Shown piece by piece: positions 46,625 to 55,821 of a DNA stretch of 59,797 bases; positions within the stretch are counted from its first letter, which is position 1; each line of letters opens with the position of its first letter. The stretch is from NCBI GenBank assembly GCA_001627235.1, contig LUPB01000086.1, positions 1 through 59,797 of the forward strand, in the 5' to 3' direction. The stretch is from Nitrosopelagicus sp. REDSEA-S31_B2. GTDB lineage: Archaea; Thermoproteota; Nitrososphaeria; Nitrososphaerales; Nitrosopumilaceae. A model generated the notes under the pieces. The model saw only the letters and a program-made list of their open reading frames with translations, was not told the DNA's origin and made no database searches. Position numbers and translations under genes: made by a program.

Positions 46625-47968
46625 CTAGATTTTAGGCGGTCTTGCAAATCTATTTGCAGGATCGTTATGATAATCAATTGGTAATAGTGGTTCTTTTTGT
46701 CTTCCAGTAAGAATTCCTATCACTTTGTCATCTTTCTTGATAATTTCCTTATCTCTTAATTTTTTTATCCCTGCCACTGAAGCCCCCGATGCCATTTCAC
46801 AATCAAATCCATTTAATCCCACTACGGACATTCCATCTAACATCTCTTTGTCTGATACTTCTTCTACTATGCCATCTGTAAATTCTAGTGCACGTAATCC
46901 TTTTGCAATGTTGGATGGTTTTCCAATTTGAATTGCAGTAGCCTTTGTTTTTGGTTTCAGAGTTTCATCTTGATTCATTTTATTGTAAAACCTTTCAATT
47001 AATTCGAAATTTGGAGCACCGTCATTCCATCTTAGTTTTTCTTCTTCAAAGATTCCGTTATAGAGTTGATAAAGTGTATTTGCACCACTTGCATTAATTA
47101 CTGCAATTCTTGGAATTTTTTTAATCCATCCCCATTCATATAATTCCATTAAAGCTTTTCCACAACTAGATGTATTGCCTAATGCTCCTCCAGGATACAC
47201 TAACCAATCAGGAACTTCCCAATCTAATGTCTCTAATGCTCTAAATGGAATTGTTTTTTGACCTTCTATTCTAAATGGATTTACTGAATTGACAGTATAA
47301 CTCCCTGGTTCTTCTGCAGCTTGTAGTGATTTTGTAAATGCGTCATCAAAATTTCCATTAACTTTTACCATTTGGGTTCCAAATTGATACGCTTGACTTA
47401 GCTTTCCTGGTGCTATCTGTCCATCAGGAATGTATACATCACATTCCATATTCTCATTAGCAGCAAACATACCTGCAGACGCGGAGGTATTTCCTGTTGA
47501 TGCACAGATAATTTTTTTTGCACCCATCATTTTTCCATGTGTAACTGCGGCTGACATTCCATTATCTTTGAATGAACCGCTTGGATTGTATCCTTCTGGT
47601 TGGAACATCACATTTTCATTTTCAATTCCAATAAATTCTGAAACTTTTGTCATGTGATACGGTTTTGATTGTCTGCCTTCTGCCCCATCTAATGAGACTA
47701 GATATTTTGCACACTGTTCAATATCTTCAGTCTCAATTTCACAGAAATTTAATAACTCTCTAAATCTCCAAACTCCACTTTCATTATAGATGCTCCCTTG
47801 AGGATTTCTTCTCTCATAAAATGTCTCTTTTAGTTTGTGACTTGGAGCATGTTCGTATTTTACATCCAATAAATAATTACAAGATTCACATTTTATTGCG
47901 GTTGATCTGATAGGGTATGTTTTTCCACAATTGGGATTAATACATACTAGTTTTGCCTTTTGAATCAT
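46625..47968 (-). CDS. thrC: threonine synthase
   Basis: NPSGSFKD; CASTGNTSAS; NSVNPFRIEGQKT; N-terminal zinc ribbon. Confidence 0.92.
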   Translation of the reverse strand: MIQKAKLVCINPNCGKTYPIRSTAIKCESCNYLLDVKYEHAPSHKLKETFYERRNPQGSIYNESGVWRFRELLNFCEIETEDIEQCAKYLVSLDGAEGRQSKPYHMTKVSEFIGIENENVMFQPEGYNPSGSFKDNGMSAAVTHGKMMGAKKIICASTGNTSASAGMFAANENMECDVYIPDGQIAPGKLSQAYQFGTQMVKVNGNFDDAFTKSLQAAEEPGSYTVNSVNPFRIEGQKTIPFRALETLDWEVPDWLVYPGGALGNTSSCGKALMELYEWGWIKKIPRIAVINASGANTLYQLYNGIFEEEKLRWNDGAPNFELIERFYNKMNQDETLKPKTKATAIQIGKPSNIAKGLRALEFTDGIVEEVSDKEMLDGMSVVGLNGFDCEMASGASVAGIKKLRDKEIIKKDDKVIGILTGRQKEPLLPIDYHNDPANRFARPPKI

Positions 47969-48081
47969 ATTTTTTAGAAGAATTACCTAGTAATTTAAAG
48001 GCTGGATTGCTAATCTTTACCATATATTTTCATTAAATTTACCAAGTAAAGATTTACAACTATTTCCAATTATCTTTCTAT

Positions 48082-48459
48082 ATGGTACGTGTTGATGAAT
48101 ACATCTATGACCTTATGAAAAAAATCTTGGATTCTTATAATATCATTGATAATCTAGGAGAATCAAAAGATGATCTTTTCACATTAGATTTGGAATTAAT
48201 AAAAATTAATGGTTTGCTCAAAGTTTTACTTCGAAAAACTGATGAATTTTCTAATAAAAACTCTGATTTTATAAAACTAAATAAAAAAATTGCAAATTAC
48301 TTTGAAAACCATTTCTTTGAAAATGAGTTAGAAAAAATTAAAGAGATTTATTCTGAAGATCCTCAACGAGTAAAATCAATTCGAAATTCAATTATAAATT
48401 CACTCCAAGATAATAAGTTAATTTTTAGAATTTATGAAATTGCCAAGGATCTAAAATGA
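48082..48459 (+). CDS. hypothetical protein
   Basis: 125-aa AT-rich ORF. Confidence 0.6.
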   Translation: MVRVDEYIYDLMKKILDSYNIIDNLGESKDDLFTLDLELIKINGLLKVLLRKTDEFSNKNSDFIKLNKKIANYFENHFFENELEKIKEIYSEDPQRVKSIRNSIINSLQDNKLIFRIYEIAKDLK

Positions 48460-48771
48460 TTATTTTTTCTTTTTAGAAATCTTTGCATCTTTTTCTTTTA
48501 GTTGTTTTTCTTTTTCTGAGTTTTTATCGTCTACTGCTTTAAAGACTTCTTGAATTAAACCATCGAGGTGTCCATCTGATACTTCGGGTGTCACTGATTC
48601 AGAGATATTGTTTATTGCAGCCGATATTTCAGAACTGACCTGTTCAAAACTTTCTGGATCTTCAGCAGCAGTTGCATAAAGGCTCTTAAGATTTGCCACT
48701 TGGTTTAGAACTTGATCTGTCAGATTTAGCTTATACTCCACTCCGCTAACAACAATATCTTTGGTTATCAT
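48460..48771 (-). CDS. hypothetical protein
   Basis: 103-aa ORF with Lys-rich tail. Confidence 0.7.
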   Translation of the reverse strand: MITKDIVVSGVEYKLNLTDQVLNQVANLKSLYATAAEDPESFEQVSSEISAAINNISESVTPEVSDGHLDGLIQEVFKAVDDKNSEKEKQLKEKDAKISKKKK

Positions 48772-48811
48772 GAAATTTCTTCAAAATGTAGGTTCTTAAA
48801 GTTTCTGACCT

Positions 48812-49171
48812 TTAGAATACTATCATATCTAGCGCGGCTGCATCACTAATCAGTGTTGTATGTCTTGAATTTATGACATATCCATTCTTAATTTCTTTAG
48901 TTGGGACCCATCTATTTGTAGAGGTATAATGTCTATCCACGATTAGTTTTTTCTCGACTTCTTCAATATCTAGTTCCCCTTCTTCTACTTTCTGTGAATC
49001 TAGATGTTTGATTGTAATGAGAATTTTATTGACTTTAACTCTGTCACCAAATTTCCATTGAGAGGGGGCAGTTTCGTCAGATACTTCTACTACCTTTATT
49101 TTCATCTCTTTTGTTCCTAGAACATTCTTACTGACAAGCATACGCTCATCTATGAAATCTGAGAAGCTCAT
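48812..49171 (-). CDS. hypothetical protein
   Basis: 119-aa ORF. Confidence 0.7.
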   Translation of the reverse strand: MSFSDFIDERMLVSKNVLGTKEMKIKVVEVSDETAPSQWKFGDRVKVNKILITIKHLDSQKVEEGELDIEEVEKKLIVDRHYTSTNRWVPTKEIKNGYVINSRHTTLISDAAALDMIVF

Positions 49172-49236
49172 GAAATTATTCTTTTTTGGGCATTAATAAA
49201 CAAAGAGCCTAACTATATGACATAGTGCCAATATTG

Positions 49237-49782
49237 TCATTTTAGAAATTTTTGGTATTTTGAATTAAATGGCATTTGATAATCTTTTAACAAGAATTTC
49301 TTTTTTTGCCCGTCTTTTAATGCATATGTGGTTCCATCATATCTGCATACCATATCTGTAGGTTTTTTTCTTTGATCCCATACTTTGTAAAACTCTCGTA
49401 GTTCTCTGCTTTCATATTCTCCCACTCCAATACGTTTTTTTGACAAAAATTTGAATGCGAGTATAACTTGTCGTGTATCATACACTTCAAAATTATTTGT
49501 CCAATTTAGACATCGAATAATCTGATCATATGGAACAGTTAACGTTGTTCCAGTACCTGATTTTGCCTCAATTGTAAATAATATCTTATCTTCATTATTC
49601 ACACATAGTATGTCTGGAAGTGCTACGCTAGGAGATCCTAGCCGAAATGCTTTCCAGTTGTCCATGCTATTGAATCGTTTAACAAGTGTATCTTCCCAAT
49701 TATACCCTCTTTGACGTCTGGTTTTTGCTATTTTTTTAAAATTTAATGATTTAGTCTTAGTTACAGTTCCTTTACCATTCAT
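49237..49782 (-). CDS. Holliday junction resolvase-like PD-(D/E)xK nuclease (Hjc/Hje family)
   Basis: RGYNWEDTLV; AFRLGS; PDILC; IEAKS. Confidence 0.8.
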   Translation of the reverse strand: MNGKGTVTKTKSLNFKKIAKTRRQRGYNWEDTLVKRFNSMDNWKAFRLGSPSVALPDILCVNNEDKILFTIEAKSGTGTTLTVPYDQIIRCLNWTNNFEVYDTRQVILAFKFLSKKRIGVGEYESRELREFYKVWDQRKKPTDMVCRYDGTTYALKDGQKKKFLLKDYQMPFNSKYQKFLK

Positions 49783-49840
49783 GAAAATACTAATTCTATC
49801 TGTGATTTAGTAGAGTAGGTTATTTGGTAATGACCAACTG

Positions 49841-50164
49841 CTAATTCTTTTCAACAATAAATGAATAGACCGGCCTATTTTGAAAGCTTACTTTCATTAT
49901 TACTGATTGTCCAATATGAGGCAATTCAGAAGAAATAATCTTCCCTAGCAAACGTATATTTTCATCGATTTTCACTATACCAAAAAACTCTGATTCTTTT
50001 TTAGAAAATTCAATTATCGTTCCTTTACATGAAGATTCGACCCATGATGTATTTTCGCCACATTTGTTACAAACCTTCTGTATAGGCCAAAATACTATGT
50101 TACAATTTTTACACTTGCAGATATAGAATCTGCCTTGCTTTAGTTGCTCTTCGAAAAAACTCAA
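49841..50164 (-). CDS. DUF35 zinc-ribbon/OB-fold thiolase partner
   Basis: CKNC...PIQKVCNKC; GTIIEFS; overlaps the thiolase stop. Confidence 0.85.
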   Translation of the reverse strand: MSFFEEQLKQGRFYICKCKNCNIVFWPIQKVCNKCGENTSWVESSCKGTIIEFSKKESEFFGIVKIDENIRLLGKIISSELPHIGQSVIMKVSFQNRPVYSFIVEKN

Positions 50165-51267
50165 TTTTGTAATACCATGACTGAACTTGACGTTCCTGCA
50201 GCAGACATATTCTGGATTAATCCTGTTTTTGCATTAGAAATTTGTCTTTTATCGCATTTTTCTTGGAGTTGATTTGCTATCTCTATTGTTTGTGAAATTC
50301 CTGTAGCGCCTAGTGGATGTCCTGCTCCAATTAGCCCTCCTCGTGGATTTATCATTCTATTTTCTGTATTGAATAGATTTCTAACAAACTCTCCGCTATT
50401 TTCATTAGTTGTTAATCCTATTTCAGAAAGTGCCATTAACTCACACACTGAAAATGCATCATGAACTTCTGCTACGTCAATTTGTTCAGAAGTAATTTTG
50501 CCCATTTTCAAAGCATTTTCCGAAGCAATTCTTGTACTGGTAATTTCATCAAGATTGTTTTTTGTAAAACTTGCAGATGTTGTTTTTTGTCCTATCCCTT
50601 TAATCCAGATGGGACATTCCGATATCTTTTTAGCTTTTTCTTCCGATGCCAGAATAATTGACGAGCTGCCAGAACATGAACGTGAACAATCTAAAATTCT
50701 TAGATCTTCTGTAATTTGTTTCGAATTCATTATTTCAGAAATGGTCTTTGGTTCATTACTATATGCATGTGGGTTGTCCATTGCATGTTTGTGATTCTTT
50801 GCAGAAACAATTGCTAATTCCTCTTCAGTAGTCTGAAATTTTCGTTTATGATTTTTTGTAAGCATTGTTGCCCAAAAAATAGGATGTTCCAAATCTCCTC
50901 GTGAAATATCCCATTTCAAGACTTGACCCGGATTTGTTGCAGAATCTACTCCTGATACTAAAATCACATCTGCTAACCCTGATGAAATATAGGAATATGC
51001 TGAAATTATTGCGTTGGTTCCAGAACTACATAGATGTTCAATTGAATGAGAAATTTTTGGTTGAATGTCAGTCATTTCCGATAATATCGCACCCATGTAG
51101 TTTGAATTACCATTTGTTGAAACTAATACTCCCTCTATGTCACGTAATTCGCAATTTTTTATAGAGTTTATACAATTATTTGCAGACTCTAAAAGTAATT
51201 GCTCTACATCTTCATCGTTCTTAGAAAATTTTGTTTCTCCCGTACCTACAATTGCAACTTTATTCAT
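50161..51267 (-). CDS. archaeal-type (SCP2-like) thiolase
   Basis: LCSSG; SAKNH; AEVHDAFS; INPRGGLIGAGHPLGATG. Confidence 0.92.
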   Translation of the reverse strand: MNKVAIVGTGETKFSKNDEDVEQLLLESANNCINSIKNCELRDIEGVLVSTNGNSNYMGAILSEMTDIQPKISHSIEHLCSSGTNAIISAYSYISSGLADVILVSGVDSATNPGQVLKWDISRGDLEHPIFWATMLTKNHKRKFQTTEEELAIVSAKNHKHAMDNPHAYSNEPKTISEIMNSKQITEDLRILDCSRSCSGSSSIILASEEKAKKISECPIWIKGIGQKTTSASFTKNNLDEITSTRIASENALKMGKITSEQIDVAEVHDAFSVCELMALSEIGLTTNENSGEFVRNLFNTENRMINPRGGLIGAGHPLGATGISQTIEIANQLQEKCDKRQISNAKTGLIQNMSAAGTSSSVMVLQN

Positions 51268-52237
51268 TTGTTTCTCCCGAAAAGGTTTTTGTTAATAATT
51301 CGAAGGATTCTCTTGTGTCTCCTATCGGATTAAATTGTATAATTGGCAAATCAATTCCTATTTCTCTAAATGCATTTAGTTTCTTTAATCCCATATCAGG
51401 TGTTCCTGCGATACATAAATCATCTAACATTTTTTCCGTGACAAATTCATGTAGATTTTTTAATCCTGTTTTTTTGTATTCGTTAAAAATAATTTCAGTC
51501 TCTTTTGAATATCCCGAAGAATGTAAAAATTCTCGATAAATTTCTCCGACTGCTATGTAAAAACTCAGTGTTTGTTTTGCACGTTTAGATGCTTTTTCAT
51601 AATCATTGTCAATACAGGTAATAATTTGTAATGTTGTATCTATTTTTCTTGTTTCCTGCATTACAGAAATAGTCTTTTTCATTTCTTCTTTAGGTCTTAA
51701 ATAGAATATTATTCCGTCGCCAATCTCCCATGCTAATTCGACCATTTTCTTATTAATTGCAGCAAGATAAATTGGAATTTCTTTTCGAAGAGGTTTCGTG
51801 AGAAGTGTAAAATCTTTCAGTGAGAAAATCTTTCCTGAATAATTAATTTTTTGATTTTGTAATGCAAGACGTATGATCTCGACATATTCTCTCATCCTTT
51901 GTACCGGAAATTGAAATTCTTGCCCATGAAAGTCTTCTACAATTGGAACACTACTAGTCCCTAATCCCAGTATTAATCGTCCATTAGAGATTGCATCAAC
52001 TGTCGAGGCACCCATGGCAATTAGATTTGGACTTCGCGAATAGATGTTAATAATTGATGAACCAATCTTTGAAAAATTGTTTTCTCGTGATGCAGTTGCC
52101 ATCATTGAAAAATTTTCCATTCCCCATGTTTCAGGTATCCACATCACATCGGGTTTAATCTGTTCCAGTTTTTTAGCACATGCTAAAACTTCATCAATTG
52201 ACAGTAACGAGCCCAAACTATACGATATTCTTTCCAT
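51260..52237 (-). CDS. LLM-class flavin/F420-dependent oxidoreductase
   Basis: WIPETWG; NIYSRSP; SNGRLILGLG; IPIYLAA. Confidence 0.9.
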   Translation of the reverse strand: MERISYSLGSLLSIDEVLACAKKLEQIKPDVMWIPETWGMENFSMMATASRENNFSKIGSSIINIYSRSPNLIAMGASTVDAISNGRLILGLGTSSVPIVEDFHGQEFQFPVQRMREYVEIIRLALQNQKINYSGKIFSLKDFTLLTKPLRKEIPIYLAAINKKMVELAWEIGDGIIFYLRPKEEMKKTISVMQETRKIDTTLQIITCIDNDYEKASKRAKQTLSFYIAVGEIYREFLHSSGYSKETEIIFNEYKKTGLKNLHEFVTEKMLDDLCIAGTPDMGLKKLNAFREIGIDLPIIQFNPIGDTRESFELLTKTFSGETNE

Positions 52238-52238
52238 T

Positions 52239-52823
52239 TCAATACTTGAAATATTTGGAATACTTTTTGGATTTTATTTCTTTTGAACACTCTTCTATGT
52301 CTTTATGAGAATCTATGGAAAACCATAGCGCATTTTTGAATTTAACCGTGTTTAATTTCTTATTTTTTACCATCTTTGGGAATACTATTCCTTCCAAACT
52401 TCCTTTCTTTGGAATTATTTTCTGAATCTCTGTAGATAAATGGTATATTCCAGGATTCATCCATACATTTGTCACATCTTTCAAATTAATATTTGTAACA
52501 ATGTCTCCATTTAATACAAGAAATGAATTCTCTTCTACATGCTTCAGTGCCTTTTTAACAGCTCCACCTGTTCCCAATGGTGTCTTTTCAATTGAAAATA
52601 TTATTTCACATCCAAAATTCTTCTTTTGTTTAAGAAATTTTTCTATCAAATGTGATTTGTAACCTGTTGAAATAATTATTTCAGTAACGCCGTATTTTTT
52701 TAGATACTTTATGGTTCGTTCAATTAATGGTTTATTATTAATTGGAATTAGTGGTTTAGGAATTTTATCTGTTATTGGACGTAATCTTTTACCTCTTCCT
52801 CCTGCTAAAATTATTGCTTTCAT
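52239..52823 (-). CDS. NDP-sugar pyrophosphorylase-family nucleotidyltransferase with apparent internal deletion
   Basis: AIILAGGRGKRLRPITDKIPKPL; PLGTGGA; LNGD followed unusually soon by MNPGIY. Confidence 0.8.
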   Translation of the reverse strand: MKAIILAGGRGKRLRPITDKIPKPLIPINNKPLIERTIKYLKKYGVTEIIISTGYKSHLIEKFLKQKKNFGCEIIFSIEKTPLGTGGAVKKALKHVEENSFLVLNGDIVTNINLKDVTNVWMNPGIYHLSTEIQKIIPKKGSLEGIVFPKMVKNKKLNTVKFKNALWFSIDSHKDIEECSKEIKSKKYSKYFKY

Positions 52824-52863
52824 GATTTTTTGTTATAATCTCTATTTTTTAACTTATGTTATA

Positions 52864-53439
52864 CTATATGATTGCCTCAAATGCAGTAAGACCAAAGAAA
52901 TATCCTACCAATACCATGGTAACCCCCCATGCACATGATCCCAGAATAGTATATGTTAAAAATTTCTTAATGCTCATTTTTAACAATCCTGCGGGAATTG
53001 AAATCATTTCTCTAAATACGGGCACCATTCTTCCAAATGGAACTGAAATCATTTCTCTAAATACGGGAACCATTCTACCAAACAAAACTGCTTTATCCCC
53101 ATATTTCTCAAACCATTTTTCAACTTTATCTAATTTTTTTTCTGAAACTCTTACTTTGCTTAGATATTTCAATAATGCTGCTCTTCCAAGTTTTAGAGCT
53201 ATGAGATAGATTACTGTTGAACCAATAGATGCCCCAAATCCTCCTACAATGCCCAACATTATAGCTTCTATCACGCTTAATCCATTTTGTGATGCAATGA
53301 ATCCTGCTGTTGGGAATACTGCCATTGTGGGAATTGGCGGAATTATTGTTTCAAGTAATGCGGCAAGAAAAACACCGAGATACAAATATTCAGAAAGTAA
53401 ATCTGCAATCCATTGAATCAGGGCTTGTAATTCACTCAT
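52864..53439 (-). CDS. DedA family membrane protein containing a 15-aa tandem duplication
   Basis: LETIIPPIP; WFEKYG; FGRMVPVFREMIS(V/I)P twice. Confidence 0.88.
   Translation of the reverse strand: MSELQALIQWIADLLSEYLYLGVFLAALLETIIPPIPTMAVFPTAGFIASQNGLSVIEAIMLGIVGGFGASIGSTVIYLIALKLGRAALLKYLSKVRVSEKKLDKVEKWFEKYGDKAVLFGRMVPVFREMISVPFGRMVPVFREMISIPAGLLKMSIKKFLTYTILGSCAWGVTMVLVGYFFGLTAFEAII
52994..53083. repeat. 45-bp tandem duplication, 4 mismatches
   Basis: Copies at 52994-53038 and 53039-53083. Confidence 0.9.
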
Positions 53440-53566
53440 TGCCGTTTATCTCAGTTATGTAATAATGCAATTCTGTGTAACATTCTTTGCAATATTCTTC
53501 AAATTTTGTATGTTCGCAATCATAACCTTTGCTAGTATTTTGTCCACATTTTTCACATTTAGGCAT
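53432..53566 (-). CDS. 44-aa zinc-finger microprotein (not in ORF track)
   Basis: Hand translation MPKCEKCGQNTSKGYDCEHTKFEEYCKECYTELHYYITEINGNE; fills the gap between two minus-strand genes and overlaps the dedA start. Confidence 0.7.
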   Translation of the reverse strand: MPKCEKCGQNTSKGYDCEHTKFEEYCKECYTELHYYITEINGNE

Positions 53567-53573
53567 GTGAAAT

Positions 53574-53987
53574 CTAATTTGATGACTTCTTTATCTTTAT
53601 TGCACCTAATGCAATTTGGAATATTCCTGGAGCAAACAACATTGCTACTGATGCCATTGGGTCTCTTTCAGTACCTTCAGGTGCACTTGTTCCAACCATG
53701 GCTATTCCTCCAATGAGAATTAAAACACCTGCTATGATTATCATTCCGCCTAGACCTTTTGATGGTTCTTTCAGAGAAATGAAAAATGCTATAATTGGTA
53801 AGATAAGTGCAGGTCCGCCTAGGCCCATGCCTCTTTGCATATCATCTAATGGTAAAAATCCATCACTTTTTCCTTCGCCTCCGCCCATACTGGCTGCAAC
53901 ATCTGCACCATACAGACACAATAATACAATTGCAATTCCTGTAATTATCAACGAAGCTTTTAGTGCCATATAATTTTGAGAAATCAA
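53574..53987 (-). CDS. four-TM membrane protein
   Basis: Four hydrophobic segments; start may be the internal ATG (MALKAS). Confidence 0.75.
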   Translation of the reverse strand: MISQNYMALKASLIITGIAIVLLCLYGADVAASMGGGEGKSDGFLPLDDMQRGMGLGGPALILPIIAFFISLKEPSKGLGGMIIIAGVLILIGGIAMVGTSAPEGTERDPMASVAMLFAPGIFQIALGAIKIKKSSN

Positions 53988-54029
53988 GTATTAATAAACT
54001 ATTTTGATAGTTTATTGATTTGTACTAGG

Positions 54030-55172
54030 TTATTTTGGTTCAATGACTAGATTATTTTTTAGATCTTCTACTTGCAAAAGCAACCCTTCAATCCCTACAT
54101 TCTTTTTATCTACTATGTTGATGTGACCAATTTTCCTTTGAGGCTTGGATTCTAGTTTGCCGTACATCTTTAAGAAAATATTTTCTTCTTCACGGTGTAA
54201 TACATTGTATTCTCCTTTGAATGTATGTGGTCCTAAAATATTGTACATTATGGTAGGAGATTTGATTGACGTATCTCCCAATTCCATTCCCAGAATTGCT
54301 CTAAGGTGTAATTCAAATTGAGATATGGTACTTGATTGTAATGTGTGATGTCCCGAATTATGAACTCTGGGCGCAATTTCATTGATTAGTATTTTTTCAT
54401 CTTGTGTAACGAACATCTCTATACCAAATACCCCTGCGCCATGTAGTACTTCCATTGTTTTATGTGCAACATCTTCTGCTTCTTTTCTTACTTTTTCTGA
54501 AACTCGACCTGGCGCAATTGTCATTCTCAAAATATTATTCTCATGAAGATTTTCTACTACGGGATATGTAGAAATCTCTCCTTTAGTATTACGTGCCGCA
54601 ATTACTGATACTTCTTTTTGAAAATTAACAAATTTCTCAACCATTAGTGTTTTTCCTGCAAATAGATCTAATGCATCATCGATATCACTTTTAGAATTAA
54701 TCTTATAATTTCCTCGCCCGTCATATGCATCTCTTCGTGTTTTTAATAATAGCGGAAGACCCAATTTTTCAATCATTTTTTCTAATTCTTCTCTGTTTTC
54801 CACTTTTTCAAATTCTGCCACTGCAATTCCATTTTCTTGTAAAAATTGCTTTTGCAAGAACTTATCTTGAATGATTCGCAAGGTTTCTGGAGAAGGATTT
54901 ATCTCAGTATTTGCTTCTAATTTTTTTAAAACATCACTATTTCCGGATTCAATCTCATATGTTATGATATCTGATAATTCAGATAATTTTTTTATTGATT
55001 CTTCATCTTTGAAATCAGCAATAATCTGTTCTGCCCCAACCTTTGCTGCAGGGCAATTTTCTGTGGGATCTAATACTATTACTTTAGAAATTTCTTCTTT
55101 CATATTCTGTGCAGCTTCTGTAAGCATCATTCCTAATTGTCCCCCTCCAATAATGCCTAAAATTTTACTCAT
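54030..55172 (-). CDS. purK: N5-CAIR synthase
   Basis: GIIGGGQLGMM; YDGRGN; NEIAPRVHNSGH; SQFELHLRA; RKIGH. Confidence 0.95.
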   Translation of the reverse strand: MSKILGIIGGGQLGMMLTEAAQNMKEEISKVIVLDPTENCPAAKVGAEQIIADFKDEESIKKLSELSDIITYEIESGNSDVLKKLEANTEINPSPETLRIIQDKFLQKQFLQENGIAVAEFEKVENREELEKMIEKLGLPLLLKTRRDAYDGRGNYKINSKSDIDDALDLFAGKTLMVEKFVNFQKEVSVIAARNTKGEISTYPVVENLHENNILRMTIAPGRVSEKVRKEAEDVAHKTMEVLHGAGVFGIEMFVTQDEKILINEIAPRVHNSGHHTLQSSTISQFELHLRAILGMELGDTSIKSPTIMYNILGPHTFKGEYNVLHREEENIFLKMYGKLESKPQRKIGHINIVDKKNVGIEGLLLQVEDLKNNLVIEPK

Positions 55173-55233
55173 AACGACATGCAAATTTTGTATTACAAAT
55201 AGTTTTCAAAAAAAATTATTAAAATACCGCTTT

Positions 55234-55821
55234 ATGCATCAAAAATTATTGGTTACAAAAAAACCGCTTGTTGGAATAATTATGGGTTCGAGCTCCGATA
55301 GCCGAATAATGCATGGTGCTGCAGAGATCTTAGACTCATTTTCTGTAGCACATGAAGATCAGATAATTTCTGCACATCGTACCCCTCAACGTTTAGATGA
55401 ATATGCAAAACATGCAGAAAAAAACCAATTCAAAGTAATTATTGCAGGGGCAGGAGGGGCAGCACATTTGCCAGGTATGATTGCATCTCATACAACAATT
55501 CCTGTAATCGGGGTTCCAATCATGGTGTATAATGACAAACAAATGAAAAAAACTGATAAAAACAAATATTCTGCATTTGGAGGATTGGATTCTCTATTGT
55601 CGATATCTGAAATGCCTACCGGTTCTCCTGTTGTTGCTGTAGGAGTGAATAAAGCATCAAATGCTGGAATTTATGCCTTAAAAATTCTAGGTAATTCATA
55701 CCCCGAAATCAAAAAGAAATTAAAAAAACACAAATTTGATCAATACACTTCTGTGTTAAAAGAATCTGAAGAACTCAAAAAAATCGGATTATCAAAATTT
55801 GTAAAAAAGAAATTCCGTTAA
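55234..55821 (+). CDS. purE: N5-CAIR mutase
   Basis: VGIIMGSSSD; SAHRTP; IAGAGGAAHLPGM; GLDSLLS; MPTGSPV; start uncertain (55234 or TTG 55249). Confidence 0.93.
   Translation: MHQKLLVTKKPLVGIIMGSSSDSRIMHGAAEILDSFSVAHEDQIISAHRTPQRLDEYAKHAEKNQFKVIIAGAGGAAHLPGMIASHTTIPVIGVPIMVYNDKQMKKTDKNKYSAFGGLDSLLSISEMPTGSPVVAVGVNKASNAGIYALKILGNSYPEIKKKLKKHKFDQYTSVLKESEELKKIGLSKFVKKKFR

Noticed and set aside
52856-53209. Plus-strand 117-aa ORF with an internal repeat
   Set aside because: Antisense shadow of dedA and its duplication
53465-53716. Plus-strand hydrophobic 83-aa ORF
   Set aside because: Antisense to the zinc microprotein and the membrane protein, which have better support
54871-55233. Apparent 316-aa PurE fusion
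   Set aside because: The extension is mostly antisense to purK; PurE motifs begin only after about 55250
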